Shown here: positions 9,301 to 19,488 of the stretch, piece by piece
Numbering within the stretch: position 1 is the stretch's first letter
Layout of the letters: each line of letters starts with the position of its first letter
DNA from: Acidobacteriota bacterium
GTDB taxonomy: Bacteria > Acidobacteriota > Vicinamibacteria > Vicinamibacterales > JAKQTR01
NCBI GenBank assembly: GCA_029562975.1
Contig: JAKQTR010000043.1
Location: 72,491-136,490, forward strand
Reading direction: 5' to 3'
DNA: 64,000 nucleotides
Translations under genes and position numbers: made by a program
Notes under the pieces: model-generated
What the model was told of the DNA's origin: nothing
Database searches by the model: none
What the model saw: the letters and a program-made list of their open reading frames with translations, nothing else

Positions 9301-12300
9301 CCTGGCGGTTCTTCGAGACGTTCGTCACCCAGGACGATGCCTGGCTGCCGCCGGACAACTTCCAGGTGGACGGCGCCGGGCCGAAGCTGGCACGGCGCAC
9401 CTCGCCCACCAACATCGGGCTGGGGCTGCTCTCGACGCTTGCCGCCTACGACCTGGGCTACATCGCGGCCGGCGAGCTGGCCGAGCGCATCGATCGCACG
9501 CTGACCACGCTCGAGGGGCTCGAGCAGCACGAGGGGCATTTCCTCAACTGGTACGACACCGCCACCCTGGCGCCGCTCCATCCGCATTACGTCTCGACGG
9601 TGGACAGCGGCAACCTCGCCGCGTCGCTGATCGCGCTCGTGCAGGGCCTCCGACAGGCGGCCGACGAGCCGCAGACGCCGGCCCAGCGCCTGGAGGGCCT
9701 TGCCGATACGGCCGACCTGCTGTGCGAGGCGTCGGGGCTGCAGGGGAACGTGAACCAGGTGGCCCGCGCGATCGCCGGGGCCGCCCGCGCCGGGACGCCC
9801 GCCGCCGACACTGCCCGGCTGCGCGCGCTCGCCGCCGGCCTGGCAGCCGCGTCGGCCGCGGCCGTGCCGGCCGACCCGCGCGGGCCGGAGGGAGACCTGG
9901 CCTTCTGGGTGCGCGCCGTAATCGACGCGATCGAGCGCCTCGAGGAGCCTGCCTCGCACCCCGGCGAACGGCTGCACGCGCTGGCCGGGCGGGCCGCGCG
10001 TCTTGCCGACGACATGCGGTTCGACTTCCTGTACGACCGCCGGAGGCGCATCTTCGCGATCGGCTACCGCCTGGCCGACGCCGAGGGGCCTGGACGGCTC
10101 GACGCGTCGTTCTACGACCTGCTGGCCTCCGAGGCGCGGCTGGCCAGCTTCGTCGCCATCGCGAAGGGCGACGTGCCTCAGCATCACTGGTTCCACCTCG
10201 GGCGCATGGTGACCAACGTCAAGGGGCGCGCGGTGCTCGTGTCGTGGGGCGGCACCATGTTCGAATACCTGATGCCGCTGCTGCTGATGCGCGGCTTCCG
10301 GGGGACGCTGCTCGATCGTTCCTGCCGCGCCAGCGTGTGGAGGCAGATCGAGTACGGGCGGCAGCACGGCATCCCCTGGGGGATCTCTGAGTCGGCGTAC
10401 TCGCTCACCGACCGCGACGGGACCTATCAGTACAAGGCCTTCGGCGTCCCGGGCCTCGGCCTCAAGCGCGGCCTCTCCGACGAGCTGGTGGTGTCGCCGT
10501 ACTCCACCGCGCTCGCCAGCCTGCTGAACGCCCCGGCCGCCACCGCGAACCTCGAGCTGCTCCGGCGGGTCGGCCTCGACGGCCGCTTTGGCTTCTACGA
10601 GGCGGTGGACTACCGGCCGCGGACGAAGGTCGATCCCGAAGCGCCCGACGCCCCGGCCAAGGCGTCGCCGGTCATCGTCCGGGCGTACTTCGCCCACCAC
10701 CAGGGCATGTCGCTTGTGGCGCTCGCCAACACCGTCCGCGACGGCGTCTTCGTCGAGCGGTTCCACGCCGACCCGCGCATCCGGGCCACCGAGCTGCTGC
10801 TGCAGGAGCGGGTGCCGCGCGAGGCGATCCTCTCCGAGCCTCGGCCGGCGAAGGCCGCGGCCGCCGCGGCCCCCGTCCCGGTGCTCGCGTCGCGCCGATT
10901 CAAGTCGGCGCACACGGTGAGCCCGCACGCGCACGCCCTGTCGAACGGGCGCTACACGACGATGCTGACACACGCGGGCGGCGGCTGGAGCGCGTGGCAC
11001 GACCTGGCCGTGACCAGGCGCCGCGAGGACCGCACCTCCGACTTCGGCGCCCACTTCATCTACTTCCGCGACCCGTGGTCGGGGAAGGTCTGGTCGCCCA
11101 CCTACCTGCCCACCTGCGTGGAGCCCGAGAGCTACGAGGTGACGTTCGCGCACGACAAGGCGACCTACCGCCGGCGCGACGACGACCTCGAGAGCCAGAT
11201 GCAAGTAGCCGTCTCGCCCGAAGACGACGTCGAGGTGAGGCGCGTGACGATCACCAACCGCGGCGACCGGCCGCGCGAGGTGGAGATCACGAGCTACGCC
11301 GAGATCGTGCTCGGGCGCCCCGAGGACGACCTGGCCCACCCGGCGTTCGGGAAGCTGTTCATCGAGACCGAGTACGACGCGCAGAGCGCGGGCCTGCTCT
11401 TCAGCAGGCGCCCCCGCGCCTCGGACGACCCGGCCGCCTGGGCCTTCCACGTGCTCGGGGTGGACGGCCGCTTCGGCGGCGCCGTGGAATGGGAGACCGA
11501 CCGCGCCCGGTTCCTGGGCCGCGGCCGCAACCTTGCCCGGCCGGCCGCCATCGACGGCCCGCTGTCGGGAACCACCGGGGCCGTGCTCGACCCGGTCGCC
11601 TCGCTGCGCGAGCGCGTGCGCCTCGCCCCCGGGGCTTTCGTCCGGCTCACCTTCGCCACCGGCGCCGCGCCGGCCCGCGCCGCCGCGCTGACCCTCGTCC
11701 AGAAGTACCGCGATGCGAGCGCCGCCTCGCGCGTCTTCTCGATGGCGTTCACGCACGCGCACATCACGCTGCAGCACCTCGGCCTGACCGACAGCCAGGC
11801 GATGCTCTTCGACCGCCTCGGGTCGCGCGTCTTCGGCGCCGACGCCACCTGCATCAGCCCCACCGACCTCGCGGGCAACACGCTCGGCCAGCCCTCGCTG
11901 TGGGCCTACGGCATCTCGGGCGACCTCCCCATCGTGCTCCTGCGGGTCATCGACCCGGCGGGCGTTGCGCTGGCCCGCCAGCTGCTGCACGCGCAGGAGT
12001 ACTGGCGCGTCAAGAGCCTGCGCGCAGACCTGGTCATCCTCAACGAGCAGCCGGTGGACTACCTCGACGACCTGCAGGGATCGCTCGCCGCGCTGGTGCG
12101 CGAGCCGCGCTTCGCGGGGTGGCACGACAAGCCGGGAGGCGTCTTTCTCCTGCGGACCGACGGGATGCCGGAACCCGACCGCCGCCTGCTGGCCGCCGCG
12201 GCCCGCGTGGTCCTCCGCAGCGACCTCGGCGAACTGGAGCCGCAGCTGGATCGCCCGGCGCCCTGGCTCTACCCGGCGCAGCCGCCCGCGGGGCTTCTCG

Positions 12301-14783
12301 CGCCCGGCCGCGCCACCCCTGCGGCCGAGCCGGTGCCGGTGCCGCCGCTCGCGATGGAGAACGGCGTCGGCGGGTTCACGCCCGACGGGCGCGAGTATGT
12401 CATCGTGCTCGAAGACGGGCGCGACACCCCGCTCCCCTGGTCGAACGTGCTCGCCAACCCGGAGTTCGGGACCATTGCCAGCGAGTCGGGCGCGGCCTTC
12501 ACCTGGGCGGTCAACAGCCGCGAGAACCGACTGACCCCGTTCGCCAACGACCCGGTGTCAGACCCGACCTCCGAGGCGGTCTACATCAGGGACGACGACG
12601 CGCACGTCGCCTGGGGCGCGACGCCGTCGCCGCTGCCGCGCGTGGAGGGGAGCCGCTGGGTCGTGCGGCACCGCGCGGGGGCGACCCGATATCAGCACGC
12701 GGTCGAAGGCCTCGAGCAGGAGTTCGAGGTCTTCGTGCCGCCCGACGACCCGGTGAAAGTGTCGGTGCTGACGCTCAGGAACACCTCTGGAACCGCGCGC
12801 CGGCTGAGCGTGTTCGGATATGCCGAGTGGCGCCTTGGGCCGCCGCGCCAGGGCGAGCGCCGCTTCGTCATCACCGAGGCGGACGAACGAGCCGGCGCGA
12901 TCTTCGCGCGCAACCCGTACAACAGCGAGTTCGCCGGCCGCGTTGCCTTCCTGCGCGCCACCGCGGCGCCCGCCTCGTACACGTGCGATCGCGGCGACTT
13001 CATCGGCCGCCAGCGCACGCCGGCCAACCCGGCGGGGCTTGGCCGCGGCCGCCTCGCCAGCCGGAGCGGCGCCGGGCTCGATCCCTGCGCCGCGCTGCAC
13101 GTGCCGATCGTGATCCCGCCCGGCGAGACGCGGCGGCTGGCGTTCGTCCTCGGCCAGGGGCGCGACGCCGCCGAGGCCGCCGACCTGGCCGCGCGCTACG
13201 CGTCGATCGAGTCGGTCGAGGCGGCCGGGGAGCGCTGCAACCGCTTCTGGGACGAGACGCTCGGCGCGATCCAGGTGAAGACGCCGGACGACTCGTTCGA
13301 CCTGATCGTGAACAGGTGGCTGCTGTACCAGTCGCTGAGCTGCCGGATGTGGGCGAGGAGCGGGCCCTACCAGCCCGGCGGCGCGTGGGGATTCCGCGAC
13401 CAGCTGCAGGACGCGCTGGCGCTGGTCTACACGCGGCCCGATATCTGCCGCGCGCACCTGCTCGAGGCGGCCTCGCGCCAGTTCGTCGAGGGCGACGTGC
13501 AGCACTGGTGGCACCCGCCTACCGGCCGCGGGACGCGCACCCGGTGCTCGGACGACCTGCTCTGGCTGCCCTACGCGGTGGCGGCGTATGTCTCGCGGAC
13601 CGGCGACGAGGGAGTGCTCGACGAGGCCGTCAGGTTCCTCGAGGCGCCGCCGCTGGCGCCCGACCAGCAGGAGGCCTACTTCCAGCCGTCCGTGTCGGCG
13701 CAGTCGGCCTCGCTCTTCGAGCACTGCTGCCGCGCCGTCGATCGCTCGCTCGTCTACTACGGCGCGCACGGCCTCCCGCTCATGGGATCGGGCGACTGGA
13801 ACGACGGCATGAACCGCGTCGGCCACGAGGGTCGGGGCCAGAGCGTCTGGCTCGCCTGGTTCCTCATCGTCGTGTTGAACGAGATGGCGGGGCTGGCCGA
13901 TCGCCGCGAGCTCCCCGACGTGGCGCAGCGCTACCGGAGCCAGGCCGAGTGGCTGGCCGGCATGGCCGAACTCGCCTGGGACGGCGACTGGTACCGCCGC
14001 GCGTACTTCGACGACGGGACGCCGCTCGGGTCGGCGCAGAACGATGAGTGCCGGATCGACTCGCTGACCCAGTCGTGGGCCGTGCTCTCGGGCGCAGCCC
14101 AGCTGCGGCGCGCCGCGCGGGCGATGGAAGCGGTGCGCGCGCACCTCGTCCGACGCGACGCGCAGCTCGTGCTGCTGCTGACGCCCCCCTTCGACCGCAC
14201 GCCGCTCGACCCCGGCTACATCAAGGGGTACCTGCCGGGCCTGCGCGAGAACGGCGGGCAGTACACGCACGCGGCGCTGTGGGCCGTGATCGCGCTCGCC
14301 CGCCTCGGGCAGGGCGACGAGGCGATGGAGCTGTTCCACATGGTCAACCCGATCAACCACACCCGCACGCGCGACGAGGTCGACCGCTACAAGACCGAGC
14401 CCTACGTGGTGGCGGCCGACGTGTACGCGCACCCCCAGCACGCGGGGCGCGGCGGGTGGAGCTGGTACACAGGGTCGGCCGGGTGGATGTACCAGGCCGC
14501 CGTCGAGGCGTTACTCGGTCTGCGGCGGTACGGCCAGTCGTTCGCGCTCGATCCGTGCATCCCGGCGCGCTGGGAAGGCTTCTCCCTGGAGTGGCGCGTC
14601 GGCCGGACGACCTACCGGATTGAGGTCGCCAGCCCCGAGCAGCGCGGCCGCGGCGTGGGCCAGGTCCACCTCGACGGCGTCCCCGTCGATCCCCGGAAGA
14701 TCCCGTTGGTGGACGACGGCAGGCTCCACGAGGTGAGGGCCGTCCTCGGCGAGGTCGGGACCACCGATAGCGCAGCCGTGTAG
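6303..14783 (+). CDS. cgs: Cyclic beta-1,2-glucan synthase (GT84 glycosyltransferase + GH94 phosphorylase-like domains), 2826 aa
   Basis: N-terminal [13 protein letters not shown], six or more TM segments and a GT84 core ([31 protein letters not shown]). The GH94 region includes [19 protein letters not shown] and [10 protein letters not shown]. The frame is open from 5226, but upstream of 6303 it overlaps the cytochrome gene and gene remnants. An alternative GTG start lies at 6285. Confidence 0.9.
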   Translation: MAFDGFDGARESGEGAELLGLERLEEHARRLAALLTPERRRRSGRPEHLKRLGEDSRALRRIYTALEEDARAGEATPPAAEWLLDNFHVIAAAIRDVRSDLPPSFYRRLPSLTADEFAGLPRVSAMARELIRSSAGRLDAHRIQRFMTAFQSVTPLTIGEIWAWPSALKLALVEQLRARAEVIFAARSQRLDADRLAGTLDSPRAEPRAWPDPFHPAFVIRVLQRSREHGAAAAALRQELGAELDARGQTIEEVIRAEAQYQAASQAAMANLVESLRLVSTFDWSEFFESVSLVEQVLLRDPSAVYGRMDFRSRDRYRHAVEELAEPTGEGQVRVALKAVERARQVAERDREAREAHVGYYLIGGGRPKFEQGIGYTPGPWQRLRRRAFRHATPLYLGAIALVTVSILAALAAYSQRHGWGAAGAVMVMLLALVPASELAVQIVQQALGRLIPPRRLPRLDLQQVPDSACTMVIVPTLLDSVDAVRDLLSHLEVQALGNVDPNVHFAILSDFRDAPTECLPRDAELLEAARSGIEELNAQYAPEANDRFFLFHRVRQWNPQENIWMGWERKRGKIEEFNRLLRGATDTSFVLHVGNLAVLPKVRYCITLDSDTRLPRGAARELIGIVSHPLNRPRFDPEARRVVDGYGILQPRVSVTFASAEGSLFARLFAGHTGVDPYTTAVSDTYQDLFGEGIFTGKGLYDVDAFTSALEDVVPENALLSHDLFEGLHARVALVSDVEVVDDYPSTVLSHARRQHRWVRGDWQILLWLFPFVPSRRGLVRNTLPLIGRWKILDNLRRSLVRPTLMALLLAGWTVLPGSHWLWAGVVFAVVAAQLLPLVARLVTGPRRAQSLPVFLRNLRNDIALALARATLGISLLAYHAFLSAHAIGLTLVRLAFTRKRLLEWETAAAVAARTAGLTTGKALRRYHVEMASSPIAAVASAFVVAAVNPSALPAALPFLTLWLLAPGIGYWIGLPAAARVEPLSAAERLALRRVARKTWRFFETFVTQDDAWLPPDNFQVDGAGPKLARRTSPTNIGLGLLSTLAAYDLGYIAAGELAERIDRTLTTLEGLEQHEGHFLNWYDTATLAPLHPHYVSTVDSGNLAASLIALVQGLRQAADEPQTPAQRLEGLADTADLLCEASGLQGNVNQVARAIAGAARAGTPAADTARLRALAAGLAAASAAAVPADPRGPEGDLAFWVRAVIDAIERLEEPASHPGERLHALAGRAARLADDMRFDFLYDRRRRIFAIGYRLADAEGPGRLDASFYDLLASEARLASFVAIAKGDVPQHHWFHLGRMVTNVKGRAVLVSWGGTMFEYLMPLLLMRGFRGTLLDRSCRASVWRQIEYGRQHGIPWGISESAYSLTDRDGTYQYKAFGVPGLGLKRGLSDELVVSPYSTALASLLNAPAATANLELLRRVGLDGRFGFYEAVDYRPRTKVDPEAPDAPAKASPVIVRAYFAHHQGMSLVALANTVRDGVFVERFHADPRIRATELLLQERVPREAILSEPRPAKAAAAAAPVPVLASRRFKSAHTVSPHAHALSNGRYTTMLTHAGGGWSAWHDLAVTRRREDRTSDFGAHFIYFRDPWSGKVWSPTYLPTCVEPESYEVTFAHDKATYRRRDDDLESQMQVAVSPEDDVEVRRVTITNRGDRPREVEITSYAEIVLGRPEDDLAHPAFGKLFIETEYDAQSAGLLFSRRPRASDDPAAWAFHVLGVDGRFGGAVEWETDRARFLGRGRNLARPAAIDGPLSGTTGAVLDPVASLRERVRLAPGAFVRLTFATGAAPARAAALTLVQKYRDASAASRVFSMAFTHAHITLQHLGLTDSQAMLFDRLGSRVFGADATCISPTDLAGNTLGQPSLWAYGISGDLPIVLLRVIDPAGVALARQLLHAQEYWRVKSLRADLVILNEQPVDYLDDLQGSLAALVREPRFAGWHDKPGGVFLLRTDGMPEPDRRLLAAAARVVLRSDLGELEPQLDRPAPWLYPAQPPAGLLAPGRATPAAEPVPVPPLAMENGVGGFTPDGREYVIVLEDGRDTPLPWSNVLANPEFGTIASESGAAFTWAVNSRENRLTPFANDPVSDPTSEAVYIRDDDAHVAWGATPSPLPRVEGSRWVVRHRAGATRYQHAVEGLEQEFEVFVPPDDPVKVSVLTLRNTSGTARRLSVFGYAEWRLGPPRQGERRFVITEADERAGAIFARNPYNSEFAGRVAFLRATAAPASYTCDRGDFIGRQRTPANPAGLGRGRLASRSGAGLDPCAALHVPIVIPPGETRRLAFVLGQGRDAAEAADLAARYASIESVEAAGERCNRFWDETLGAIQVKTPDDSFDLIVNRWLLYQSLSCRMWARSGPYQPGGAWGFRDQLQDALALVYTRPDICRAHLLEAASRQFVEGDVQHWWHPPTGRGTRTRCSDDLLWLPYAVAAYVSRTGDEGVLDEAVRFLEAPPLAPDQQEAYFQPSVSAQSASLFEHCCRAVDRSLVYYGAHGLPLMGSGDWNDGMNRVGHEGRGQSVWLAWFLIVVLNEMAGLADRRELPDVAQRYRSQAEWLAGMAELAWDGDWYRRAYFDDGTPLGSAQNDECRIDSLTQSWAVLSGAAQLRRAARAMEAVRAHLVRRDAQLVLLLTPPFDRTPLDPGYIKGYLPGLRENGGQYTHAALWAVIALARLGQGDEAMELFHMVNPINHTRTRDEVDRYKTEPYVVAADVYAHPQHAGRGGWSWYTGSAGWMYQAAVEALLGLRRYGQSFALDPCIPARWEGFSLEWRVGRTTYRIEVASPEQRGRGVGQVHLDGVPVDPRKIPLVDDGRLHEVRAVLGEVGTTDSAAV

Positions 14784-14808
14784 GGCTGCGGGGCAGCGGC
14801 GGCGTCCA

Positions 14809-14937
14809 CCGGCGGCAACGAGCAGGGCACGGCGCCGCGTGCTGTCCCGGGTGTCGGGCGAGGGCGCGGGCCGCGTCCCGCAGCATTCCGTTAGCAGGGG
14901 AGGTCCGCTCGTGTCGGTTCCGGGATGGCGATGCCGC
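14809..14937 (+). repeat. 129-nt intergenic repeat, copy B (partner at 3948-4076)
   Basis: See copy A. This copy begins 26 nt after the cgs stop and ends 192 nt before tRNA-Arg. Confidence 0.9.
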
Positions 14938-15129
14938 GGGCGGCTGCACCGGTTCCGCCCTGACGCGCCGTCGTCGGCCGCCGCCCGTCCGCGGGGCCGT
15001 TCGAGCTGCACCGCCACGGCGATGAACGCGCGGGCCTGGTCGGATCGATCCGCCCAGCCTGCGCGCGACATGCGAGGGGATGCGCGACCCGCGGCGAACG
15101 CGCGGGCACGCTCAGGGTGTCGAGAGCAA

Positions 15130-15206
15130 TGGTGCGCCCTGCAGGACTCGAACCTGCGGCCTCCTGGTTCGTAGCCAGACGCTCTATCCAGCTGAGCTAA
15201 GGGCGC
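15130..15206 (-). tRNA. tRNA-Arg (anticodon ACG)
   Basis: The reverse complement GCGCCCTTAGCTCAGCTGGATAGAGCGTCTGGCTACGAACCAGGAGGCCGCAGGTTCGAGTCCTGCAGGGCGCACCA folds as a cloverleaf. It has a 7-bp acceptor stem, a GTTCGAGTC T-loop, a CTACGAA anticodon loop and an encoded CCA. Confidence 0.95.
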
Positions 15207-15333
15207 ACGGGCCGTTGCCCGGCGGCAACGAGTACATCCGCCGGAACAATCGAATATACCACGACGGCGCCAGGGGTGAAGACCCGGGGCTTCGCCGGGT
15301 TCCGCGGCGCCTCCCCGGTCATTTCTCGCCGGA

Positions 15334-15352
15334 CGCCCGGGATGCCCGGGCG
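15334..15352 (-). terminator. Hairpin downstream of the GH3 gene
   Basis: CGCCCGGG-ATG-CCCGGGCG forms an 8-bp stem 49 nt past the TAA at 15401-15403. Confidence 0.35.
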
Positions 15353-15400
15353 CCGCCGCCAGGCGGCTGTCTCGCGCCCCGTTCCGATTTCGTCAATCCC

Positions 15401-17290
15401 TTACTCCCCCGCTCCCGGCCGCGCCGCCCGCGCCAGCCCGTGGCCGATCGGGAACATCCCGGGCAGCGAGATCGGCAGCCTGCCCCGAACCGCGATCTCC
15501 CCGGCCAGCGCCTTCACGGCCGCCCGCTCGGTGAAGTCCGAGAACTCGTAGCCGAGGAGCACCGCCGGCAGCTTCGGCAGGAACGTGGCGGTGTAGGGAT
15601 TCCCGAAGCACACGGTGACGAACGGCTTGTCCTGGGCGGCAATCGAATCGAGCAGCGCGATCTGCGGCTGGCTCAGGTCCATCCGGCCGCTGAACGACGC
15701 GATGCGCACGAACACGCCCGCGACGACGACGCCCGCGCGGCGCGAGAGGGCCCGGATGAGCTCGTACTCAGACGCGGTCGTGCGATCCGTGATCTCGATG
15801 GACGTCAGGTTCGGCCACCGCCTCTTCAGCTCCGGCACGATCGTCCTGCCCGGCACGCCCTCGCGCCAGCCCGACGCGTAGTCGAGCACCGACAAGTAAA
15901 GCAGGTCCGCGTCGCGCGGCACGGACAGCGGCACCTGGTTCCGCTCGTCCCTGATGAGGGTGATGCCCCGGTCGTTGATCTCCTGCGCGACGGCCGCATG
16001 CGCGCGCGTGCCGAACCTCCCGGCAATCGCCTCGAGGTCCACCGTCCGCTTCACGTGCAGCCCCAGCCGGGCCTTGGCCCGCAGGATGCGCCCGACCGAC
16101 GCGTCGACCTGCGCCATCGGGATCTCCCCCGCCGCCACCGCCGCCACGATCCCCCTGAACGCCGCGTCATCGTCCGGCGAGTGCAGCACGAAGTCCGCCC
16201 CGGCCCGCACCGCCATCGCGGCGGCCTTGTCGTGCGGAAACATCTTCGAAATCGCGTCCATCGTCATCGAGTCGGTGAAGACGAGGCCCGAGAACTTCAG
16301 CTCGTCGCGCAGCAGGCCCGTGAGGATCGGGCGGCTCAGCGTGGCCGGGATGCCGGGCGACGGGTCGAGGGCCGGCAGGATGATGTGCGTGGACATCACC
16401 GCGTCGACGCCCGCCGCGATGGCGGCCCTGAAGGGCACCAGCTCGACCTCGTCCAGGTGCGCGCGGGGGTGGTTGATGACGGCGAGCCCGAGGTGCGTGT
16501 CGACGTTCGTGTCGCCGTGGCCCGGGAAGTGCTTCGCGGTGGCGAAGGCGCCGGTGGACTGGATGCCCCTGATGTAGGCCACCGCCATCTTCGACACGAA
16601 CGCGGGGTCCTCGCCGAACGAGCGCAGGTTGATGATCGGGTTGCGCGGGTTGTTGTTGACGTCGACGAGCGGATAGAAGTCGATGTTGACGCCGACGGCG
16701 CGCGCCTCGGTCGCGCCGACCACGCCCGCGTTGAAGGCCATCTGCTCGTCGCCGGTCGCCGCGATGACCATGGCGCGCGGCAGCCGCGTGGCGCCGTTCA
16801 GGATGTAGGCCGCGCCGCCCTCGAAATCGCCCGACGTGAGGAGCGGGACCGCCGACTCGGCCTGCAGGCGGTTCAGGACCGCCGCGGCCGCGTACGGATC
16901 GCCCTTGCGGGAGGCCGGCCCGGCGCCCCACACGGGATTGAGCATCACCTGCGGAAACGCCTCCGCGCTGCCGAACACGTGGATGCCGCCGACTCTCACG
17001 TCCCGCACGAGGTGCAGCAGGCGGTCGAACTCCGCGCTGTCGGTGCTCATGTAGCCCGCGTTGAACGAGGTGAAGATCAGCTGGCCGATCTTCTCGTCCA
17101 GCGTCATCTTCGCCATCGTGCGCGCGACCCACAGATCGGCTTCCTTCTGCCGCCTTTCGGCCGCCTGCTTCTCGATCCTCGCCTGCTTCGCCGAGAGGGG
17201 CTGGGCGGCGGGGACGCCCTGGCCGGCCGAACCGGCGACCACGGTGACGAGCGCGGCTGCGAGAACGGGCGCGAGCATCGGTCTCTTCAT
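15401..17290 (-). CDS. Secreted glycoside hydrolase family 3 (NagZ-like beta-N-acetylhexosaminidase / beta-glucosidase)
   Basis: Signal peptide, KIGQL, KHFPGHGDTNVDTH (GH3/NagZ D-[ST]-H motif), and GLVFTDSMTMDAI with the catalytic Asp region. Confidence 0.85.
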   Translation of the reverse strand: MKRPMLAPVLAAALVTVVAGSAGQGVPAAQPLSAKQARIEKQAAERRQKEADLWVARTMAKMTLDEKIGQLIFTSFNAGYMSTDSAEFDRLLHLVRDVRVGGIHVFGSAEAFPQVMLNPVWGAGPASRKGDPYAAAAVLNRLQAESAVPLLTSGDFEGGAAYILNGATRLPRAMVIAATGDEQMAFNAGVVGATEARAVGVNIDFYPLVDVNNNPRNPIINLRSFGEDPAFVSKMAVAYIRGIQSTGAFATAKHFPGHGDTNVDTHLGLAVINHPRAHLDEVELVPFRAAIAAGVDAVMSTHIILPALDPSPGIPATLSRPILTGLLRDELKFSGLVFTDSMTMDAISKMFPHDKAAAMAVRAGADFVLHSPDDDAAFRGIVAAVAAGEIPMAQVDASVGRILRAKARLGLHVKRTVDLEAIAGRFGTRAHAAVAQEINDRGITLIRDERNQVPLSVPRDADLLYLSVLDYASGWREGVPGRTIVPELKRRWPNLTSIEITDRTTASEYELIRALSRRAGVVVAGVFVRIASFSGRMDLSQPQIALLDSIAAQDKPFVTVCFGNPYTATFLPKLPAVLLGYEFSDFTERAAVKALAGEIAVRGRLPISLPGMFPIGHGLARAARPGAGE

Positions 17291-17353
17291 GGGTGCCTCA
17301 GGTGGGTACGGCGGAAGCGTACCACGGCCGGACTGCGGGGAATGACCTCGGCA

Positions 17354-17482
17354 CTCGAGATTCGGGCCTCGGGGCTCGGGATTCGGACCTCGGGATTCGG
17401 CGGGGACCCGGGGCTGGGCGTTGGGGACTGAGGATTGGGGACTCGGAGATTCTGGATTCTGACTTCTGGATGCTGGATTCTG
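17354..17482. repeat. Composite short tandem repeats in the GH3/moaB divergent spacer
   Basis: CTCG(A/G)GATTCGG occurs three times (17354, 17375, 17389). GGGGACT(C)G(A)GGATT occurs twice (17423, 17437). (T)CTGGATTCTG occurs about three times (17451-17482). Confidence 0.8.
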
Positions 17483-17495
17483 TCTCGTCCTTGCC

Positions 17496-17516
17496 CCTTG
17501 TCCCTTGTCCCTGTCT
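17496..17516 (+). repeat. 21-nt pyrimidine-rich motif CCTTGTCCCTTGYCCCTGTCT, copy 1
   Basis: Matches 35427-35447 at 20 of 21 positions. A reverse-complement variant lies at 26907-26924. It sits 40 nt upstream of the moaB ATG. Confidence 0.75.
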
Positions 17517-17555
17517 GACTAGCGCCCGGCCCCTAGCGCCTGAGATAATCCCCCC

Positions 17556-18059
17556 ATGAGCCACATCGAGCACAAGCAGGCCTCGCCCGCCGTCGCGCAC
17601 TGCTACATCCTGACGATCAGCGACACGCGCACCCTGGCCACCGACTCGAGCGGCCAGGCCATCTGCGATCTGCTCTGGGCCGAGGGCCACCAGGTGACGG
17701 GACGGAAGATCGTGCCCGACGAGCCCGACCAGGTGCGCGAGGCCGTTGCGGCGCAGCTCGCGAACCCTGACGTGCAGGTCGTGATCACGGCCGGCGGCAC
17801 CGGCATCACGTCGCGCGACACGACCTACGAGGCCATCTCGGCCCTCCTCGACAAGAAGCTCGACGGGTTCGGCGAGCTGTTCCGCATGCTGAGCTACCAG
17901 GAGATCGGCTCGGCCGCGATGCTCAGCCGCGCCATCGGCGGACTCGCGAAGGGCAAGATCGTCCTGTCGCTGCCAGGGTCGCAGGGCGCGGTGCAACTGG
18001 CGATGACGAAGCTCATCCTGCCCGAGCTGGGGCACCTGGTGCGGGAAGCGTCGCGGTAG
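17556..18059 (+). CDS. moaB: Molybdenum cofactor biosynthesis protein B (MoaB/Mog family)
   Basis: ILTISDTR, VITAGGTGITSRD and LPGSQGAV motifs typical of the MoaB/MogA fold. Confidence 0.85.
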   Translation: MSHIEHKQASPAVAHCYILTISDTRTLATDSSGQAICDLLWAEGHQVTGRKIVPDEPDQVREAVAAQLANPDVQVVITAGGTGITSRDTTYEAISALLDKKLDGFGELFRMLSYQEIGSAAMLSRAIGGLAKGKIVLSLPGSQGAVQLAMTKLILPELGHLVREASR

Positions 18060-18182
18060 GGACTGGGGGCTGGGCGCTGGGCGCTGCTCCGACGCGCCTC
18101 TCGCCGCGTTGGTGCTGTGCCAGCGAGACCGTCCGACAGACCAGCGCCTAGCACCCAGTCGCCAGCGCCTGAGGCACACACG

Positions 18183-19400
18183 ATGACCCACATGCGCCCG
18201 ATCAGGGAGACGATCACGCTCGAGGCGGCGCGCGAGATCATCGACCGCGTCATCAAGCCCATGGAGCGCACCGAACGTGTCCGTGCGGACCTGGCCAGCG
18301 GCCGCGTCGTCTCGCGCGCCGTTGAGGCGCAGGCCGACGTGCCTCCGTTCACGCGCGCGGCGATGGACGGATATGCCGTCCGCGCCGCCGATACGGTTGG
18401 CGCGTCAACGCACGAGCCGCGCACGCTCGCCAGGGTGGAAACGGTCTACACCGGGCAGGTGCCAACGAAGGTCGTCGGCCAGGGGCAGTGCACCGAGATC
18501 GCCACCGGCGCCCCGGTGCCGGACGGCGCGGACGCGGTCGTGATGGTCGAGGAGACCGACAAGGACGCGGGCGGGGCGGTTCGCGTGTTCAGCCCGGTCT
18601 ACCCCGGCCAGAACGTGACGAAGCAGGGCGCCGACATCCGCGCGGGCCAGCTGGTGCTGGCCCCGGGCGACGTCCTGAACCCCAGCCGCATCGGCGCCAT
18701 CGCGGCGCTCGGCGTCATCGACGTCGAGGTCTACGCCCGGCCCCGCGTCGCGATCCTCTCGACCGGCAACGAGGTGGCCGAGCCGGGCGCCCCGCTCGCG
18801 CCCGGGCACATCTACGACATCAACAGGTTCACCCTCAGCGCGGTGCTTCGCGACCACGGCGCCGTCCCGGTGCCCTATCCCACGGCCCCGGACACGATCC
18901 CGGAACTCGAACGCGCCATCGAGGCCTGCTCCGCCGAGGACCTCATCCTCTTCTCCGGCGGCAGCTCGGTCGGCGAGCGCGATCTCATCCTCGACGTCGT
19001 CGAGCGCATGGGCGAGGTGCTCTTCCACGGCATCGCGGTCAAGCCCGGCAAGCCGACGCTCTTCGGCACGGTCGCCGGCAAACCCGTCTTCGGCATGCCC
19101 GGCTACCCCACCTCCTGCCTGTCGAACGCCTACATGCTGCTAGTCGCACCCGTCCGGCGCATGGCGCGGCTGCCCGAGTGGACGCCTCGCGTGATCCGCC
19201 TGCCGCTCGGCCAGCGCATCGTCTCGACGACGGGGCGGCACCAGTTCTACACCGTGCGGGTCGTGGACGGGCAGGCGATGCCCGCGTTCAAGGCGTCCGG
19301 CGACATCACGAGCATGTCGCAGGCCGACGGCTACATCGAAATCCCGGCGCAGGTGGACGTCGTCGAGAAGGGCGAGGTCGTCGCCCTCACGCTCTTCTGA
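18183..19400 (+). CDS. moeA: Molybdopterin molybdenumtransferase MoeA
   Basis: PPFTRAAMDGYAV, SGGSSVGERD and GMPGYPTSC motifs. ATG at 18183 was chosen inside the longer ORF that starts at 18117. Confidence 0.85.
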   Translation: MTHMRPIRETITLEAAREIIDRVIKPMERTERVRADLASGRVVSRAVEAQADVPPFTRAAMDGYAVRAADTVGASTHEPRTLARVETVYTGQVPTKVVGQGQCTEIATGAPVPDGADAVVMVEETDKDAGGAVRVFSPVYPGQNVTKQGADIRAGQLVLAPGDVLNPSRIGAIAALGVIDVEVYARPRVAILSTGNEVAEPGAPLAPGHIYDINRFTLSAVLRDHGAVPVPYPTAPDTIPELERAIEACSAEDLILFSGGSSVGERDLILDVVERMGEVLFHGIAVKPGKPTLFGTVAGKPVFGMPGYPTSCLSNAYMLLVAPVRRMARLPEWTPRVIRLPLGQRIVSTTGRHQFYTVRVVDGQAMPAFKASGDITSMSQADGYIEIPAQVDVVEKGEVVALTLF

Positions 19401-19488
19401 GAAGGGGTCGGGTCTAATTATGCAGACGGCCGATCTCTGCTAACGATTCTGTCGCACGCACCGGGATTCGTCCGAATGGAGAGCCGAC

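Noticed and set aside
6114-12125. A 2003-aa ORF on the minus strand, antisense to the glucan synthase gene.
   Set aside because: It is Arg/Gly/Pro/Asp-rich low-information sequence with no motifs. It lies exactly antisense to a gene with unmistakable Cgs homology. Long stop-free antisense frames are expected at about 70% GC with high GC3.
14938-15129. A search for an integrase remnant or a tRNA-derived att site between repeat copy B and tRNA-Arg.
   Set aside because: No recombinase-like peptide appears in any frame. The 129-nt repeat shares no sequence with the tRNA. The small ORF beginning MSRAGWADRSDQARAF has no recognisable features.
17354-17516. Short repeats that might be mistaken for a mini CRISPR array.
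   Set aside because: The units are 10-15 nt, directly tandem or degenerate, and have no unique spacers of constant length. No cas genes are in the window.
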